Source of the DNA: Calditrichia bacterium
GTDB lineage: Bacteria; Calditrichota; Calditrichia; RBG-13-44-9
Assembly (NCBI GenBank): GCA_037381445.1
Contig: JARRQT010000124.1
Span: forward strand, 1-10,454
Direction: 5' to 3'
Length of the DNA stretch: 10,454 nucleotides
Below, in pieces: positions 8,412-10,454 of this stretch. Each line of letters begins with the position of its first letter. Within the stretch, counting starts at the first letter, position 1. A program made the translations under genes and the position numbers. The notes below the pieces were generated by a model. That model saw only the letters and a program-made list of their open reading frames with translations, did no database searches and was not told the DNA's origin.

Positions 8412-8628
8412 ATTTTTCAGCAGAGTGCAATCCATAAATTGGATCATTTGTCGTTACACACAGAATTTGCTACCCTGAGGCTCCTTAGCGTCACCTATAT
8501 AAAAAAATGGAGCCGGTTTTCTTTGAAGCGTTATTTGGATCTGTCTTCTCCAGACCAAAAAATTTCAAAGGACTTGTTCGATTCTAAATAAATCCTAACC
8601 AAAATCATTTATCTGCTTTTTAACCTTC

Positions 8629-8661
8629 CTTCATACTTCCTTCATTTTGTTCCATTATAAT
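8629..8661 (+). promoter_or_regulatory. Tandem repeat CTTCAT-ACTTC-CTTCAT (8629-8645) plus perfect -10 TATAAT (8656-8661)
   Basis: The repeat extends to a perfect 10-mer pair, CTTCCTTCAT at 8625 and 8636. It ends 10 bp before TATAAT and occupies the -35 position. RBS AAGGAGG at 8679-8685. Confidence 0.7.
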
Positions 8662-8692
8662 TGGAATAGAAAAAAATTCAAGGAGGACCAAG

Positions 8693-9430
8693 ATGAAACA
8701 GGCAATGAATTTGGGCATCGGGATTTTAATATTTTCCCTAACGGTTTTTCTATGGTTGCCCCAAGCAGCAGAAGCCTATAATGGCAGAAATAATTTGGCT
8801 GAAAACGTGAGAAGTAAGATCCAAGTATACTACGATCAAAATTTTCAGGTCACTAACAATGCCGAGGGAAAGGTCACAATTAACGGTCAGGTCAAAACGC
8901 TCTACGATAAATTGAGGATTTTCGAGATCGCTTCAACGGTGCCGGGAGTCAGAGAAATTGAAGATAATCTGTATGTCGATACACCCATTGTTCCGGATGA
9001 TATTATACAAACCAATGTAGCTGAAGAACTGAAATATAATGGAAGTATTATCGAACCGGACAGAATTAAGGTTCATGTGGATAATGGAATTGTTTTTTTA
9101 AGAGGAACTGTAAGCTTTTTCAGGGAAAAACTTGAGGCCGAAACAGTGGCTTCATGGCAAAAGGGCGTCAAGGGAATTGACAATGAACTGACAGTGCTTC
9201 CTCCTCAAAAGGTAGTCAGTGATTCAAACTTAACCAATATTCTTCAGGAACTCCTGAAGAATAAGTTTTCCCTCGATAAAGAAGTTTCCTTCACTGTCAA
9301 CGACGGAACAGTCACACTGAATGGAAAAGCCGCAGGTTTATGGGATAAGAATGAAATTCAAAAGGAATTTTCCAGGATTTTGGGTGTCAAAAAAGTAGTT
9401 AACAACTTAAGCGTGGTGGAAGATTTTTAG
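8693..9430 (+). CDS. BON-domain (OsmY-like) exported protein with three BON repeats
   Basis: Signal peptide ending AEA. Three repeats of 'V...G.V.L.G.........GV..(I/V).N.L.V': GKVTINGQV..PGVREIEDNL, NGIVFLRGTV..KGVKGIDNEL and DGTVTLNGKA..LGVKKVVNNL. Confidence 0.9.
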   Translation: MKQAMNLGIGILIFSLTVFLWLPQAAEAYNGRNNLAENVRSKIQVYYDQNFQVTNNAEGKVTINGQVKTLYDKLRIFEIASTVPGVREIEDNLYVDTPIVPDDIIQTNVAEELKYNGSIIEPDRIKVHVDNGIVFLRGTVSFFREKLEAETVASWQKGVKGIDNELTVLPPQKVVSDSNLTNILQELLKNKFSLDKEVSFTVNDGTVTLNGKAAGLWDKNEIQKEFSRILGVKKVVNNLSVVEDF

Positions 9431-9460
9431 TCATAAAAACTATTTTTATAAGAAGCAATT

Positions 9461-10072
9461 ATGGTGGTATTGAGCAAGATGCGCCTTAAAAGTTATCTAT
9501 TTGCAGGCATATTTATATTTAGTTTTGCTCCGGGAATTACGCAGACAAATTCCAGGGAAAGGCAGGCAGAGGAACTCTATTCGCTATCCGAGAAAACAGA
9601 AAGGCTGATAGATTATTATCTTCAGCAGAAATGGAAGATCGCCAGCAGTCTGGTTGACAGCCTGGCCGGAAAAGAAGCCGAACTGGATGACTCGATGCGA
9701 AAATTACATCTGCCTTTTTCGATGGGCGATGAGCTGGATTATCTTCTCTATCGGCTAAGGGTTTTGAATCTGGAAAAGAACGATCCCATAGGGGCTGCCT
9801 ACACTGCCAATCAGATGACAGACCTGATGGTGGACCTGGAAAGACAACTGAAGCAGTCCGTCCCGCTGGGCATTTACCGGATGGATTATCTGGGAAGGGA
9901 GCTGATAATTTTGCTGCACTTGCCCCATAGCGATCAATTATTACAGCACCGGATTCTGGACCTGAGCTTAACCTGGAAAAGATTGAAAAAAGTGATCCTG
10001 AAAGAAGAAATAGAGTCCCGGGCATTGGAATTGCTCCAGATGGAAGAAAAACTGGAAAATCTTTTCAATTAA
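9461..10072 (+). CDS. Hypothetical exported all-helical protein (start may be 9479)
   Basis: 203-codon ORF 30 bp after the BON gene, on the same strand. Signal-peptide-like N-terminus and amphipathic helices, with motifs AAYTANQMT and MDYLGREL. No function recognised. Confidence 0.7.
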   Translation: MVVLSKMRLKSYLFAGIFIFSFAPGITQTNSRERQAEELYSLSEKTERLIDYYLQQKWKIASSLVDSLAGKEAELDDSMRKLHLPFSMGDELDYLLYRLRVLNLEKNDPIGAAYTANQMTDLMVDLERQLKQSVPLGIYRMDYLGRELIILLHLPHSDQLLQHRILDLSLTWKRLKKVILKEEIESRALELLQMEEKLENLFN

Positions 10073-10216
10073 TTACTTCTGGGATGGCGATTATGGTACC
10101 GACAATAAAACGCGGGATTCGCAAAGCAAATAAGAATTTACAATCGGTATGGTTATTAAAAAAATTGAATGGGAAACTAAGTTCTTTATGAGGGAACGGG
10201 ATTGGGAGATATTTAA

Positions 10217-10454
10217 ATGAGCCTGGCAACCAGCAGATATGACCTGGAACGGGTCAGAATTCACCAACTTTTTGAAGATTTCCAATCCCGTGCCTATGGA
10301 TTATCTTCAGAAGAAGCCCGGGCCCGCCTGCATAAATACGGTTATAATGAAATTCCTGAAAAAAAGAAGAACCCTGTCATCCGGACGCTGAGCTACTTAT
10401 GGGGCCCTATCCCGATCATTCTTGAAATGGCTCTGGTATTTTCTGTTCTTGCCC
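10217..10454 (+). CDS. P-type ATPase N-terminus, plasma-membrane proton-efflux (type IIIA)-like; 3'-truncated by window edge
   Basis: Manual translation from ATG 10217 (in-frame TAA immediately before; RBS GGGAG at 10204-10208): MSLATSRYDLERVRIHQLFEDFQSRAYGLSSEEARARLHKYGYNEIPEKKKNPVIRTLSYLWGPIPIILEMALVFSVLA. GLS.EEA..RL..YG.NE is the Cation_ATPase_N motif, and 'SYLWGPIP..LE' is typical of type IIIA. Confidence 0.85.
   Translation, partial: MSLATSRYDLERVRIHQLFEDFQSRAYGLSSEEARARLHKYGYNEIPEKKKNPVIRTLSYLWGPIPIILEMALVFSVLA

Noticed and set aside
10091..10285. 64-aa minus-strand ORF
   Set aside because: It overlaps the start of the motif-supported P-type ATPase on the + strand.
1..10454. CRISPR arrays, tRNA/rRNA genes, IS elements, integrases, phage or defence genes
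   Set aside because: I saw no regularly spaced long repeats, cloverleaf motifs, terminal inverted repeats, or transposase/integrase motifs.

Overview
This is a 10.5-kb bacterial window from a Gram-negative organism (it encodes TolC, an MCE protein and a lipoprotein), and every credible gene is on the + strand. Gene order: 3' end of an MlaD/MCE protein | lipoprotein, B12-binding radical SAM, radical SAM/SPASM-twitch, strong intrinsic terminator | EmrA-EmrB-TolC-type efflux pump | triple-BON protein, exported helical hypothetical, and the 5' end of a type IIIA (plasma-membrane H+) P-type ATPase that is missing from the ORF track. The most striking signal in the sequence is a tandem repeat, YTTCAT-N5-CTTCAT (11-bp period), upstream of each of the three operons (450-466, 4307-4323, 8629-8645). 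Each copy lies 9-10 bp before a -10-like hexamer, the geometry of OmpR/PhoB-family activator sites. I infer one envelope or pH-stress regulon that includes a possible membrane-lipid-modifying radical SAM pair (Mss-like plus B12-dependent). All family assignments come from motif recognition only; no searches were run.
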